DNA of 57,844 nt from an uncultured Rickettsiales bacterium (GTDB taxonomy: Bacteria; Pseudomonadota; Alphaproteobacteria; Rickettsiales; JABCZZ01), in assembly GCA_964454545.1 (NCBI GenBank), contig CAYVTI010000011.1, positions 1 to 57,844 on the forward strand. The letters are read 5' to 3'. The notes under the pieces are model-generated. The model ran no database searches. It saw only the letters and a program-made list of their open reading frames with translations, and was not told the origin of the DNA. The translations under genes were made by a program, and so were the position numbers. This document shows, piece by piece, positions 38,275 through 48,615 of this stretch (position 1 is its first letter; every line of letters begins with the position of its first letter).

Positions 38275-39276
38275 TCAATAAGCCCTTTGCACGCAAAAAT
38301 CAATAGTTTCGATAATCGCGTCCTTTTCCGCCGATGCGGGAAAGGGCGAAATAAGGCTGCGGGCCCTTTCGCAGTAGTTTTCAGCGACGGATATGGAATA
38401 GCTTATGGAGGCATATCTGCTTATTAACCCGATAGCCTGCTCCAGATCGCCATCGGCAAATTCCTGCTCCTCAAGGGTGCGTTTCCAGAACTTCCTTTCT
38501 GCTTCCGTGCCTTTCGCATAAGCATGGATAACCGGCAATGTGATCTTGCCATCGCGAAAATCGTCGCCGACGGATTTCCCAAGCTTCGCCTGCTCCGCCG
38601 CATAATCCAGGGCGTCATCCATAATCTGGAATGCGATTCCTAAAAACAGGCCGATTTCCCTCAATATCTTTTCTTCCTTTTTCCTGCCTGCGACCACCGC
38701 GCCAAGCTCACAGGCCGCAGCAAACAACGTGGCGGTTTTTGCCGTCACGACATCGATATATTGCTGCTCGGTCGTGGAAAGGTTATTGGCAGTCGTAAGC
38801 TGCAGGACCTCGCCCTGCGAAATGATGGCCGAGGCGTCCGAAAGAATTTTCAGCGCTTCCAGCGAACCGTCCGCAACCATTATCTGGAATGCGCGGCTTA
38901 AAAGGAAATCTCCTACCAGTACGCTTGACTTATTGCCCCATATCTCATTGGCGGTGGCATTTCCCCGCCGAAGCGTGCTTTCATCCACAACGTCATCATG
39001 CAGGAGCGTGGCCGTATGGATAAGTTCGATACAGGCGGCGAGCTGAATATGGCGATTCCCCTCATATTTGCACAGTTTCGCTGCAATCAGCGTAAGCGCC
39101 GGGCGCAGGCGCTTGCCACCCGCGGCGATGATATGCCGCGCCAGCAGAGGAATAAGGGGAACGCTGTTTTCAAGGCTGGTGATTATAACCTCGTTCACGC
39201 GCGCCAGATCGTCGCCGACTAAGGAATGCAGCGCATTAAGCGACGGCGAAGGTATAGAATATTTAAGGTTTTCCAT
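38275..39276 (-). CDS. ispB: Polyprenyl (octa/decaprenyl) diphosphate synthase
   Basis: GGKRLRP, HTATLLHDDVVD, FQIMDDALDY, GK..GDDF.DGK.TLP; start taken at ATG 39276. Confidence 0.93.
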   Translation of the reverse strand: MENLKYSIPSPSLNALHSLVGDDLARVNEVIITSLENSVPLIPLLARHIIAAGGKRLRPALTLIAAKLCKYEGNRHIQLAACIELIHTATLLHDDVVDESTLRRGNATANEIWGNKSSVLVGDFLLSRAFQIMVADGSLEALKILSDASAIISQGEVLQLTTANNLSTTEQQYIDVVTAKTATLFAAACELGAVVAGRKKEEKILREIGLFLGIAFQIMDDALDYAAEQAKLGKSVGDDFRDGKITLPVIHAYAKGTEAERKFWKRTLEEQEFADGDLEQAIGLISRYASISYSISVAENYCERARSLISPFPASAEKDAIIETIDFCVQRAY

Positions 39277-39331
39277 GCAGATGGCTTTTATCCGGTTGAG
39301 ACCCAACTGTCTATACCTATCATGGCTCTCA

Positions 39332-40060
39332 TTATATATCCTCACGAACCGTGATATGCTCCTCCGCAAGCGCTTTGCCTTTCTCATCGCCTACATTCAG
39401 CAATTCGCCGGTATGGATGACGGCTTTCAGCCGGGGAGGAGAAGCGTGAATAGCCTTGTCATAAAGTAGGTTAAGCGAGAACGCGCCCGTTGGGCAACCG
39501 GCGAAAATCCTTGGATGCAATATCTGCAGCCCCGTATATATGTAAGGCGCGGTTCCTTCCGGATCGCGGCGGATCAGGCTGCCCGCTTCATCCGCAAAAA
39601 AATCCCCTTTTCCTTCATAACCTACCGCATTTTTTGTCGGGTGGAGCAGCAAAAGCGCATCAAGCCCGTCATCCCAGTTCTGGGCAAGCAGCTTCAGAGC
39701 CGGGGCATCCTGCTCAAACCAGATCACATCGCTATTGACTGAGAAAAACGCTTCATTGCCAAAATGATGCAGGGCGTTTGCAATGCCGCCGCCGGTTTCC
39801 AGCCGCTCCTCCTCCCGCGAGAACAGGATCTGCAGCGACGTGCGCCTGCGCAGATAGGCTTCAAGCATGTCCGCTTTATAACATGTATTTACGACTACCT
39901 TTGTTACACCGGCTATCTCAAGCTGGTCGATGGCGCGGTCGATAAGCGCCCTGCCCGCTATTTCTATCATCGGCTTCGGTATCTTCTCGGTCAGGCTTCC
40001 CATGCGCTTTCCAAGACCTGCCGCCAGCACCATTGCCTGCGTGGGAGTTTTTTCAGACAT
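39332..40060 (-). CDS. murU: MurU-like nucleotidyltransferase (MurNAc-1-P uridylyltransferase)
   Basis: AMVLAAGLGKRM..LT..IPKP, LETGGG, NSD..W; partner amgK nearby. Confidence 0.8.
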   Translation of the reverse strand: MSEKTPTQAMVLAAGLGKRMGSLTEKIPKPMIEIAGRALIDRAIDQLEIAGVTKVVVNTCYKADMLEAYLRRRTSLQILFSREEERLETGGGIANALHHFGNEAFFSVNSDVIWFEQDAPALKLLAQNWDDGLDALLLLHPTKNAVGYEGKGDFFADEAGSLIRRDPEGTAPYIYTGLQILHPRIFAGCPTGAFSLNLLYDKAIHASPPRLKAVIHTGELLNVGDEKGKALAEEHITVREDI

Positions 40061-40135
40061 ATTTACTTAAATAATACACAACTGAAAAAGATTGTTGCAT
40101 AACACGCTACGATATTTCAAACTCTTTCTTCATAT

Positions 40136-40873
40136 ATGTTACCCCACATGTTGCCTCACTGTCACGTAGCGCTTTTCAATTTCGGTAATCACACCTTAAC
40201 CGCCGCATTATTCTTAGGAGCTCTGGTAGGAAGTGTTTCCCATTGCGCAGGCATGTGCGGCCCGTTCGTCATCGCCCAGATTTCAGGGTTTTCCGCACCT
40301 GCGGGAAAGAATGCGGGAAGCTGGTACCGCGTGCTTCTTCTTCCCTACCATGCCGGACGCTTGACCACTTACACCTTGCTCGGTGTGCTGGCATCTGCCC
40401 TTTCCGCGCCTGTATTACATAAGCCCGCCTTCCATATTATCTCCAGCATGTTGCTGGTTCTGGCCGGGACATTATTTCTTGCATCTGCATTTTCGCAACT
40501 GGTGCCGTCAAAATATTTTAACTTTAATTTTAACTTGTGCGGCACCCCAACTTGGATTATGCAACTGATTGCTCCCTTGCTTCCTTCCCATTCACTTCTG
40601 GCAGGATATGTACTGGGAGTGCTGCTTGGTTTTTTACCCTGCGGGCTGGTTTATGCGGCAATCATGGCCGTTGCAGCGACAGGCAATATTCTCGCTGCTG
40701 CGGCAGGCATGATAGCGTTTTCCGCAGGGACCATGCCAATGCTCATGGTAATAAGCCTCGGCGGAAAGATGGCACTTAAAAGACAGTATGTGTGGTTAAA
40801 GCCGGCAATGGCGATTTTGATGGTGGTGAACAGTATGATGCTTTTTATAATGGCAGGAAGAGGATTTGTATGA
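40136..40873 (+). CDS. DsbD_2 / TauE-SafE-like membrane protein associated with cbb3 biogenesis
   Basis: [33 protein letters not shown]; stop overlaps the ccoN start. Confidence 0.88.
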   Translation: MLPHMLPHCHVALFNFGNHTLTAALFLGALVGSVSHCAGMCGPFVIAQISGFSAPAGKNAGSWYRVLLLPYHAGRLTTYTLLGVLASALSAPVLHKPAFHIISSMLLVLAGTLFLASAFSQLVPSKYFNFNFNLCGTPTWIMQLIAPLLPSHSLLAGYVLGVLLGFLPCGLVYAAIMAVAATGNILAAAAGMIAFSAGTMPMLMVISLGGKMALKRQYVWLKPAMAILMVVNSMMLFIMAGRGFV

Positions 40874-42321
40874 GCAATTCCATTTCAACCGCCTCTCCCC
40901 GTTATAACGATGACATCGTCAAAATGTTCACTGTTGCAGCCTTTTTATGGGCTGCTTTCGGCATGTGCATGGGGGTGTTCATCGCTTCACAACTTGCATT
41001 TCCTCACCTTAATTTCGAAGAATATTTCTCCTTCGGCCGCCTGCGCCCGGCTCACACCACCGGAGTTATCTTCGGTTTCGCCGGAAATGTTCTTTTCGCC
41101 ACCAGCTTTTTTGTAGTTCAGCGCACCTGCCGCACACGGCTCTGGGGAGAAAAACTGTTGCCCTATACGTTTTGGGGATATCAGGCATTCATCATTATGG
41201 CGATAACCGGTTATATTTTTGGCATCAACCAGAGCAAGGAATATGCGGAACCTGAATGGTATGCCGACATATGGCTTACCGTCGTCTGGATGTCCTACCT
41301 GACTATTTACATGATGACGCTCAGGAACCGCGAAGAGCCGCATATTTATGTCGCGAACTGGTTTTTCCTCAGCTTCATTATCACCGTCGCCATCCTTCAT
41401 ATCTTCAATAACCTGGCGCTTCCGGTTTCACTCCATTCCACCAAGAGCTACTCGGTCGCAAGCGGCGTGCAGGGCGCCATGACCCAATGGTGGTATGGCC
41501 ATAATATGATAGGCTTCTTTCTGACGGCAGGCTTTCTTGGCATCATGTATTACTACGTACCCAAGCAGGCGAACCGCCCGATTTATTCCTACCGCCTGTC
41601 CATCATCCATTTCTGGTCACTGATTTTCATTTATATATGGGTTGGATCACACCATCTCCTTTTCACTGCCCTGCCCGACTGGGCGCAGACGCTCGGCATG
41701 ACCTTTTCCATCATGCTCTGGATGCCATCATGGGGAGGCATGATCAACGGAATGATGACGCTGAACGGCGTGTGGTACAAGCTACGCCAGGATCCCGTGC
41801 TGCAGTTCCTTATCATTGCGCTGGCGTTCTACGGCATGAGCACATTTGAGGGGCCGGTTCTCGCCATCAAGGAAGTAAATGCGCTCGCGCATTATACCGA
41901 TTGGATTATCGGGCATGTGCATTCCGGCGCCCTTGGGTGGGTTGCATTTATCAGTTTTGGCGCGCTTTATTATATGGTGCCGGTACTGTGGAAAAAACCC
42001 GGGATGTATTCGACACGCCTCATAAGTATCCATTTATGGACGGCGACTCTGGGGATTGTGCTGTACATCGTCGCCATGTGGTGCGCTGGTATCACACACG
42101 GTCTGATGGCGCGTGAATATGATAGCAATGGCTTCCTTGTGCATTCATTCGTGGAAATCGTGCAGGCGATGCATCCCTATTACGTCATGCGGGCTCTTGG
42201 CGGCGTGCTGTTCGTGACAGGGTTGTTCATCATGCTTTATAACGTATGGAAAACCATCCACGGTGAGATTGAAACGGAAAGGGAGAAAGCGGGCGCTCAA
42301 TCCGGAGAGGCATTCGCATGA
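40870..42321 (+). CDS. ccoN: cbb3-type cytochrome c oxidase subunit I
   Basis: [38 protein letters not shown]. Confidence 0.97.
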   Translation: MSNSISTASPRYNDDIVKMFTVAAFLWAAFGMCMGVFIASQLAFPHLNFEEYFSFGRLRPAHTTGVIFGFAGNVLFATSFFVVQRTCRTRLWGEKLLPYTFWGYQAFIIMAITGYIFGINQSKEYAEPEWYADIWLTVVWMSYLTIYMMTLRNREEPHIYVANWFFLSFIITVAILHIFNNLALPVSLHSTKSYSVASGVQGAMTQWWYGHNMIGFFLTAGFLGIMYYYVPKQANRPIYSYRLSIIHFWSLIFIYIWVGSHHLLFTALPDWAQTLGMTFSIMLWMPSWGGMINGMMTLNGVWYKLRQDPVLQFLIIALAFYGMSTFEGPVLAIKEVNALAHYTDWIIGHVHSGALGWVAFISFGALYYMVPVLWKKPGMYSTRLISIHLWTATLGIVLYIVAMWCAGITHGLMAREYDSNGFLVHSFVEIVQAMHPYYVMRALGGVLFVTGLFIMLYNVWKTIHGEIETEREKAGAQSGEAFA

Positions 42322-43073
42322 TGGATCATGGTAAAATAGAAAAGAACTCTATTCTGCTGCTCATACTGACGATCGTCGCGGTTTCCATCGGAGGCATGGT
42401 GGAAATCCTGCCTTTGTTCCGAATCGAAACGACCATCGAGCCAGTCAAGGGAATACGCCCTTACACGCCGCTGGAGCTCGCCGGACAGAATATCTACATA
42501 CGTGAAAACTGTGCTGTCTGCCATAGCCAGCAGATCCGTTCCTTGCGCGATGACGTGGCGCGTTATGGACATTATTCGCTCGCCGCCGAAAGCATGTATG
42601 ATCATCCATTCCTGTGGGGTTCCAAGCGCATCGGCCCCGATCTGGCGCGCGTCGGCGGAAAGTATTCGGATGCATGGCATGTTTCTCACCTGATGGATCC
42701 GCGTTCGGTTGTTCCGGAATCCGTCATGCCCACTTACAGCTTCCTGATGAGGCGCGGTGTAGACCTGACTGACATCTCCGATCATCTGAGAACGCTGCGC
42801 AAACTTGGCGTGCCTTATACCAAGGAAATGATTGAGAACGCCTATAACGACGCCATAACGCAGGCAAACCCTGATGCGGATTCTACAGGGCTTAAAAAAC
42901 GTTACGGGGATAAACTTAATATCCGCGATTTTGACGGACAGCCGCAATTCGTATCGGAAATGGACGCCCTGATTGCTTACCTGCAGCAGCTTGGAACTCA
43001 GGTGGATTTCAAGACTTATAATCCGGACATGGATCCGCGTGATAAGATAGATACGCCAGAGAGAGGCAAATAA
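42318..43073 (+). CDS. ccoO: cbb3-type cytochrome c oxidase subunit II
   Basis: [44 protein letters not shown]. Confidence 0.97.
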   Translation: MMDHGKIEKNSILLLILTIVAVSIGGMVEILPLFRIETTIEPVKGIRPYTPLELAGQNIYIRENCAVCHSQQIRSLRDDVARYGHYSLAAESMYDHPFLWGSKRIGPDLARVGGKYSDAWHVSHLMDPRSVVPESVMPTYSFLMRRGVDLTDISDHLRTLRKLGVPYTKEMIENAYNDAITQANPDADSTGLKKRYGDKLNIRDFDGQPQFVSEMDALIAYLQQLGTQVDFKTYNPDMDPRDKIDTPERGK

Positions 43074-43074
43074 A

Positions 43075-43233
43075 ATGATAGACTGGCTTACCGACAACTC
43101 TGGCACTATTATAACTGTCGTTTTCTTTGTTGCGTTCGTTTCCATTTCGTTATGGGCATATATCCCCTCGAACAAAAACAAACTGCAGGATCGGGCTATG
43201 ATTCCTTTTCAGGAGGAGCGCAGGAATGGCTAA
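43075..43233 (+). CDS. ccoQ: cbb3-type cytochrome c oxidase subunit CcoQ (52 aa, below the ORF-track cutoff)
   Basis: MIDWLTDNSGTIITVVFFVAFVSISLWAYIPSNKNKLQDRAMIPFQEERRNG, between ccoO and ccoP. Confidence 0.9.
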   Translation: MIDWLTDNSGTIITVVFFVAFVSISLWAYIPSNKNKLQDRAMIPFQEERRNG

Positions 43234-44101
43234 GAAAATCGAGAAAGACGAGATAAGCGGCGCGGAAACCACAGGACATGAATGGGACGGCATAAAAGAG
43301 CTTAACAAGCCTGCGCCGCGCTGGTGGCTGGTGGTTTTCATCCTCGCCGTAATATGGGCATTTTGCTACTGGATATTCTTCCCGTCATGGCCGGTTCCGG
43401 GCGGAAATTTACGCGGTTTACTTAAATGGACCGAGCATCGAGAACTGGCAAAGGAACAGAAGGAAATTGACGCCATACAGGAAAAATACCAGGCGAAGAT
43501 CCATAATGCCACCGTGCAGGAAATTCAGAACGACACCGATTTATATGAATTCGCCCGCTCCGCAGGCGCGGCAGCTTTCAAGCAGAACTGCACCGCCTGC
43601 CACGGCACCGGCGCACAAGGCGGCAAGGGTTTCCCCAACCTGAATGACGACGACTGGCTGTGGGGAGGAAAGCTTGAAGATATCTATAAAACAATCAAAG
43701 TCGGCGTGCGTTCCACCCATCCGGCAACACGTACATCCCAGATGCCCGCCTTCGGGCGCGACGGCATACTGAACGGAGAGCAGATTTCGGACGTGGCCGA
43801 ATACGTGCAGAAACTCCATGAAGGCGATAAGGCGGAAAAGACCGCCGCCTATGTGCGCGGCAAAGGGATATTTACAACCAATTGCGCAGTCTGCCACGGT
43901 AAGGACGGCGAAGGCAGCCACGCCGTGGGCGCTCCGCGCCTCAATGACGATATATGGTTGTATGGCGGCGACAAGGCGACTATTATCGAAACCATTACTT
44001 ACGCTCGCGCTGGTGTGATGCCGACATGGGAAAAGCGCCTGGGCGACGATACGGTCAAGGAACTTGCCATTTATATTCATTCGCTCGGCGGAGGGGAATA
44101 G
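43226..44101 (+). CDS. ccoP: cbb3-type cytochrome c oxidase subunit III
   Basis: TTGHEWDGIKELN.PAPRWW; two CxxCH motifs (CTACH, CAVCH). Confidence 0.97.
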   Translation: MAKKIEKDEISGAETTGHEWDGIKELNKPAPRWWLVVFILAVIWAFCYWIFFPSWPVPGGNLRGLLKWTEHRELAKEQKEIDAIQEKYQAKIHNATVQEIQNDTDLYEFARSAGAAAFKQNCTACHGTGAQGGKGFPNLNDDDWLWGGKLEDIYKTIKVGVRSTHPATRTSQMPAFGRDGILNGEQISDVAEYVQKLHEGDKAEKTAAYVRGKGIFTTNCAVCHGKDGEGSHAVGAPRLNDDIWLYGGDKATIIETITYARAGVMPTWEKRLGDDTVKELAIYIHSLGGGE

Positions 44102-44107
44102 AGGTAA

Positions 44108-45535
44108 TTGAATGTGAGCGGGAGCATCAGCTATTTTGCAAAGCCCCCCACTGTGTATCCGAAACGCGTATGGGGGCGCTATCGCAAGCTGAAGTGGATT
44201 GCGATGACAGTTCTGCTCAGCATTTATTATCTAGCGCCGTTCCTGCGCTATGACCGGGGAGTGAACGCGCCCGGCCAGGCCATTTTCATAGATTTACCGG
44301 CAAGACGCGCTTATTTCTTCGGCATCGAGATATGGCCGCACGAAGTATATTATATCGCCGGATTGCTGGTCCTTGCCGCCATCGGGCTATTTTTCGTTTC
44401 CGCGATACTGGGGCGCGTCTGGTGCGGCTACGCCTGCCCGCAGACCGTATGGACGGATTTGTTCGTCTGGGTAGAACGTATCGTGCAGGGCGACCGCAAC
44501 GCGCGCATGAAACTGGATAAATCCCCGTGGACGCTTGAGAAGGTATGGAAGAAAGGACTAACCCACTTCATATGGATATTCATTGGTGTCGTGACAGGCG
44601 GGGCCTGGGTGCTCTATTTCAATGACGCGCCGACCTTGATCCACAATGCATATAATCTGCATATCTCTCCAACAGTGGGATTATGGGTCGCGGGACTGAC
44701 ATTCTCCACCTATGTCATGGCAGGGTTCGCGCGCGAGCAAGTCTGCTCCCATATGTGCCCGTATGCGCGCTTTCAGTCCGCCATGTTCGATAAGGACACG
44801 CTGGTTATTTCCTATGACAGGGATCGCGGCGAGCCGCGCAGCAATTACAAGGCGGGAGTAAGCCGCGAAGGGCTTGGCGATTGTATAGACTGCGGCAACT
44901 GCGTCACCGTGTGCCCTACCGGAATTGACATAAGGAACGGCCTGCAGATGGAATGCATCGCCTGCGGCATGTGCGTGGATGCCTGCAACAATGTGATGGA
45001 TAAAATCGGCCTGCCGCGCGGCCTGATACGCTACGACACCGAAACCAACCAGACCGCGCGCACGGAAGCCAAAGCCTGCGGAAAATCCTTCCACGACGCG
45101 CTGCATATCATCCGCCCGCGCACGATATACTATTCGGCCATACTCTGTGCCGTTGGCAGCGTCATGCTATACAGCCTGCTCACCCGCTCGCCTCTGGACA
45201 TCCATGTGATACATGACCGAAATCCGCTATTTGTGAAACTGTCCAATGGCAGCACCCGCAACAACTACACCATCAAAATCATGAACATGACGGATCAACC
45301 GCGCGATTATTCCCTGCAGGTTTCAGGCATTAATAATCCCGATATTAAAATTGAAGGCGCCGGAACTCCGAAAGCCGGGCATCTCAGGGTTTCTCCGGAC
45401 AGCATAGCGGAATACCGCGTCATGCTCTCGGCCAGAGACATGAAATCCGCGCATACCGATATAAACTTTGTCATCAAAGACAATGACACAGGCAAATCCG
45501 CCGCTCACCCTTCCCTCTTCATCAACGGTAAATAA
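44108..45535 (+). CDS. ccoG: Cytochrome c oxidase accessory protein CcoG/FixG
   Basis: GRVWCGYACPQTVW, REQVC..MCPY, CIDCGNCVTVCPTGIDIR, ECIACG.C.DAC. Confidence 0.96.
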   Translation: MNVSGSISYFAKPPTVYPKRVWGRYRKLKWIAMTVLLSIYYLAPFLRYDRGVNAPGQAIFIDLPARRAYFFGIEIWPHEVYYIAGLLVLAAIGLFFVSAILGRVWCGYACPQTVWTDLFVWVERIVQGDRNARMKLDKSPWTLEKVWKKGLTHFIWIFIGVVTGGAWVLYFNDAPTLIHNAYNLHISPTVGLWVAGLTFSTYVMAGFAREQVCSHMCPYARFQSAMFDKDTLVISYDRDRGEPRSNYKAGVSREGLGDCIDCGNCVTVCPTGIDIRNGLQMECIACGMCVDACNNVMDKIGLPRGLIRYDTETNQTARTEAKACGKSFHDALHIIRPRTIYYSAILCAVGSVMLYSLLTRSPLDIHVIHDRNPLFVKLSNGSTRNNYTIKIMNMTDQPRDYSLQVSGINNPDIKIEGAGTPKAGHLRVSPDSIAEYRVMLSARDMKSAHTDINFVIKDNDTGKSAAHPSLFINGK

Positions 45536-45536
45536 C

Positions 45537-46022
45537 ATGAACCCGCCGCTTGCAAAGCCCTCCGATCGTTTCATCCCTTATTACATCATAGGTTTCTTTA
45601 TCTTTCTGATGTTGCTGCTGGGAGGGTTCATCTACATCGCCATACGCGGCTATCCGGGCGAAGTTTTGAACGATTCCTACCAGCAGGGACTACATTATAA
45701 CCGGATCATAGCAGAATCCGACACGCAGGATAAGCTGGGGTGGAACGGTGATATCGGCTTCACCGCCAATGACCTGAATGTAAGGCTGACCTTTACGCTT
45801 GCCGACCGGAACGGCAAGCCTATCACACACGCTGATACAAAAGCATGGTTCATCCGCCAGACCCTTGCAGGGCATGATCAGGAAATCGCTTTAACGCCGG
45901 ATGGCAAGGGAGGCTACAACGGAAAGACGGCCCTTGCATGGAAAGGCGATTGGGAAGTCCATGTTTCCGCCACCTCGGACGGACACAATTACCAACAGGT
46001 GAAAGAGATTAACGTGCAATAA
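45537..46022 (+). CDS. ccoH: FixH/CcoH family protein
   Basis: N-terminal TM, Y..GL.YN..I......KLGW, G.WEV; follows ccoG. Confidence 0.88.
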   Translation: MNPPLAKPSDRFIPYYIIGFFIFLMLLLGGFIYIAIRGYPGEVLNDSYQQGLHYNRIIAESDTQDKLGWNGDIGFTANDLNVRLTFTLADRNGKPITHADTKAWFIRQTLAGHDQEIALTPDGKGGYNGKTALAWKGDWEVHVSATSDGHNYQQVKEINVQ

Positions 46023-46024
46023 AA

Positions 46025-47026
46025 CTACGCCGCAACTTTAAGTACGCCGCGCCATTCCGGTTTTATATTCCTGCCCATCCAGTCTTTCACCGGAGCAAGC
46101 AGCGGATGGGAAAGATCGTTCTCCACATGCCGCCACACGCGCGGCATATAGGACAGATAGCGCGGTTTATTATCCCGTACCGCAAGTCGTGCGAAAGTCC
46201 CCACGATACGGCAATTGCGCTGCGCGCCCATAATGTGATAGGCCGCCATGAAATCTTCTTTCGATATTCCCGTGTTCTCTAAATAGTAGTCTATCGCCTT
46301 TGCCGCCGTTCCCGGATCTACATCGCGGCGCGCGTCTTCCAGGAAGGAAACCATGTCGTAGGCAGGCGGACCTGTCATTGCGTCCTGGAAATCAATCAAC
46401 CCGGCACGGGCAGGAACTTTTCGCGCAGGCAGCCAGAATATATTCTCAGCATGAAAATCATAAAGCACCATTACGCGTTTCATCTCCGGCAGCCTGGCAA
46501 GCACTTCCCTCCACAATTCAAGATACTCGTGCTTTAATGCAGCTTCCGCCTCCGTACCCGAAGCCAGCGGAATGAACCATTCCGGCAAAAGCGAAACCTG
46601 CTGAAGCATGCGCTGTTCATCAAATTCCGGCACATCCCGGTAATCCTGTTTATGCGCCTCCCCATATAATCGGATCAGCACATCAGTGGCAGCCATATAT
46701 AATGTTTCTTCCAGCTCCGGCTGCTTCTCCAATATGCGTGCAAACAAATCATCGCCCAGATCTTCAAGCAACAATAAACCATTTGCATTGTCAGATGCTA
46801 TGATGGAAGGGGCGCTTAATCCACTTTTCAGCAGATGTCCGGCAATTCTTACAAAGGGACGTATATCTTCCTTGTCGGGAGGCGCATCCATGACAACGGC
46901 CTGCTTGCCATCAAGATATACCCGGTAATATTTGCGGAATGAGGCATCGCCCGCAAGCATTTCACGGCTTGCATCTCCCCAGCCGTTTCCCTCAAGAAAC
47001 CTGTCAATCAGATCCGAACGGTTCAC
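46025..47026 (-). CDS. amgK: Anomeric MurNAc/GlcNAc kinase AmgK (APH-like phosphotransferase)
   Basis: LAGDASFRKYYR, VMDAPP, LLLEDLG, DFHAEN, IDFQDA..G..AYD.VS, G.F.RL..RD.K..Y. Confidence 0.88.
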   Translation of the reverse strand: MNRSDLIDRFLEGNGWGDASREMLAGDASFRKYYRVYLDGKQAVVMDAPPDKEDIRPFVRIAGHLLKSGLSAPSIIASDNANGLLLLEDLGDDLFARILEKQPELEETLYMAATDVLIRLYGEAHKQDYRDVPEFDEQRMLQQVSLLPEWFIPLASGTEAEAALKHEYLELWREVLARLPEMKRVMVLYDFHAENIFWLPARKVPARAGLIDFQDAMTGPPAYDMVSFLEDARRDVDPGTAAKAIDYYLENTGISKEDFMAAYHIMGAQRNCRIVGTFARLAVRDNKPRYLSYMPRVWRHVENDLSHPLLAPVKDWMGRNIKPEWRGVLKVAA

Positions 47027-47508
47027 TTCAAATCACTTAGCCTTTCTTTCCATATGTCATCGCCTGAGAAAACCAGCGTGCGTGTATCACCATTCTTGCC
47101 AAAATCAAAGGAAATATCAAGCCGCTGTTTGGGTATCTGTTTTTCTATTATCCGGGGCCACTCAATCAGCGTCACATGCGGCCATAATTCCCTTAAGCCT
47201 AGTTCCTCGGCTTCCTCTTCGTGCTCAAGGCGATAGAGATCGATATGCCACAAGACTTCCTGCACGCCGCCAGCCAGCCCCACGTCATAAGACTGCATCA
47301 GCGTAAACGTCGGACTGGTTATCTCTCTGATATCTCCTACAGCCACCGTTTTAATCACCTCGCGCGCAAACGTCGTCTTCCCGGAGCCAATTTCTCCGGA
47401 AAAAGTGATGACATCGCCAGGCCGTATCTTTCCGGCAACATTGCGCGCCAGAAATTGCATTTCGCTTACAGCTAATGAGTTAAACAGTAAAATTCTTGAC
47501 AACGGCAT
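47023..47508 (-). CDS. tsaE: tRNA threonylcarbamoyladenosine biosynthesis ATPase
   Basis: GEIGSGKTT, SPTFTL, HIDLYRL, LIEW. Confidence 0.95.
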   Translation of the reverse strand: MPLSRILLFNSLAVSEMQFLARNVAGKIRPGDVITFSGEIGSGKTTFAREVIKTVAVGDIREITSPTFTLMQSYDVGLAGGVQEVLWHIDLYRLEHEEEAEELGLRELWPHVTLIEWPRIIEKQIPKQRLDISFDFGKNGDTRTLVFSGDDIWKERLSDLK

Positions 47509-47562
47509 GAAAAAACAGTGTTTTATATTAACAGGGTTAACTATATTTCAAATCGGGCTGAA

Positions 47563-48084
47563 ATGGAAATACCAATTAATAAATCCGAACTCAAAACCGC
47601 GGTTGAGAATATCGCCAAGATAGGGGTCCTGATAGCGGACGACGATCACCGCATAGCGAAGATAGTGCGCGACGTGCTTGAGCTGCTCGGCTTTAAAAGG
47701 ATTTACCTCGCTAAAGATGGTTCCGAAGCGTTGGAACTCATGAATAAAGAGAAGATAGACATGCTGATAACCGACTGGCGCATGTCGCCCATGAACGGCA
47801 TAGGCCTGGTAAAATATATACGTACCAATGATAATTCACCCAACCGCTTCATACCTATCATCATGCTGACCGGTAATGTCGAGCGCGAGCATGTTGAGAT
47901 AGCACGCGATGTCGGCGTTACGGAGTTCCTGGCAAAGCCGTTCAGCGCAAAAACCATATGCAGCCGCATCATCGCTTTAATTGACAATCCGCGAAGTTTC
48001 GTCATGAATAAAACATTCGTAGGGCCTGACAGGAGAAGAAGGAATGTTGCGCCACCCGATAGCGTAGAAAAGAGAAGAACGTAA
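47563..48084 (+). CDS. CheY-like receiver with Arg-rich c-di-GMP-binding tail (Cle-type)
   Basis: Receiver (ADDD, DW.M, KP) followed by PRSFV...FVGPDRRRR. Confidence 0.8.
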   Translation: MEIPINKSELKTAVENIAKIGVLIADDDHRIAKIVRDVLELLGFKRIYLAKDGSEALELMNKEKIDMLITDWRMSPMNGIGLVKYIRTNDNSPNRFIPIIMLTGNVEREHVEIARDVGVTEFLAKPFSAKTICSRIIALIDNPRSFVMNKTFVGPDRRRRNVAPPDSVEKRRT

Positions 48085-48096
48085 TAGGATGCTTGT

Positions 48097-48615
48097 ATGA
48101 CCGAAGATAAAGATCATTTTGCCGAACTGCCTGACAACGAAGCTAAGATACTTCCTCCCGACTACAGCCTAAAAAAAATGATTGGTGAAAATGTTAATAT
48201 AAAAGAAGTGTTCACCGAAGAAGTCGTGGAGAAAGCCCAAGGCACCATAGATCTGCATCAGGATAAATTCCTGGAATGGGCGATAAATGATGTGGCTTCT
48301 CTGGAAGCGGCCTACCAAAAGGCATTGGACAATGCTGCGAGCAACGAGGCTGCAGTAACGGAGATAGAAGAAATATCCGCAACACTTAAAGCCCGGGCGG
48401 GAACGTTCAATTTCGGGCTTGCCACATCCGTCGCTAAATCGCTGAATAGTTTCTGCCAGATACATAGGAAACCAACTGGAGAACATTTAACGGTGATCAG
48501 GAAACATATTGATACGCTATCGGTCGTATTTAATAAAAACATTACCGGTGACGGCGGAGAGGTCGGCAAGGAGCTGCTGGATAACCTGTTTAAGCTGGTG
48601 GAAAAATATAAATGA
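48097..48615 (+). CDS. Hpt-like protein lacking the phospho-acceptor His
   Basis: ISATLKARAGTFNF aligns to the AHxLKGxAGTFG Hpt motif with His replaced by Ala. Confidence 0.6.
   Translation: MTEDKDHFAELPDNEAKILPPDYSLKKMIGENVNIKEVFTEEVVEKAQGTIDLHQDKFLEWAINDVASLEAAYQKALDNAASNEAAVTEIEEISATLKARAGTFNFGLATSVAKSLNSFCQIHRKPTGEHLTVIRKHIDTLSVVFNKNITGDGGEVGKELLDNLFKLVEKYK

Noticed and set aside
40817-40830. TTGAT-GGTG-GTGAA as an FNR box for ccoN
   Set aside because: Two mismatches, inside a coding sequence, and too close to the start codon.
47528-47541. TTAA-CAGGG-TTAAC upstream of the Cle-like gene as a CtrA box
   Set aside because: Spacer is 5 nt, not 7; at most half-sites.
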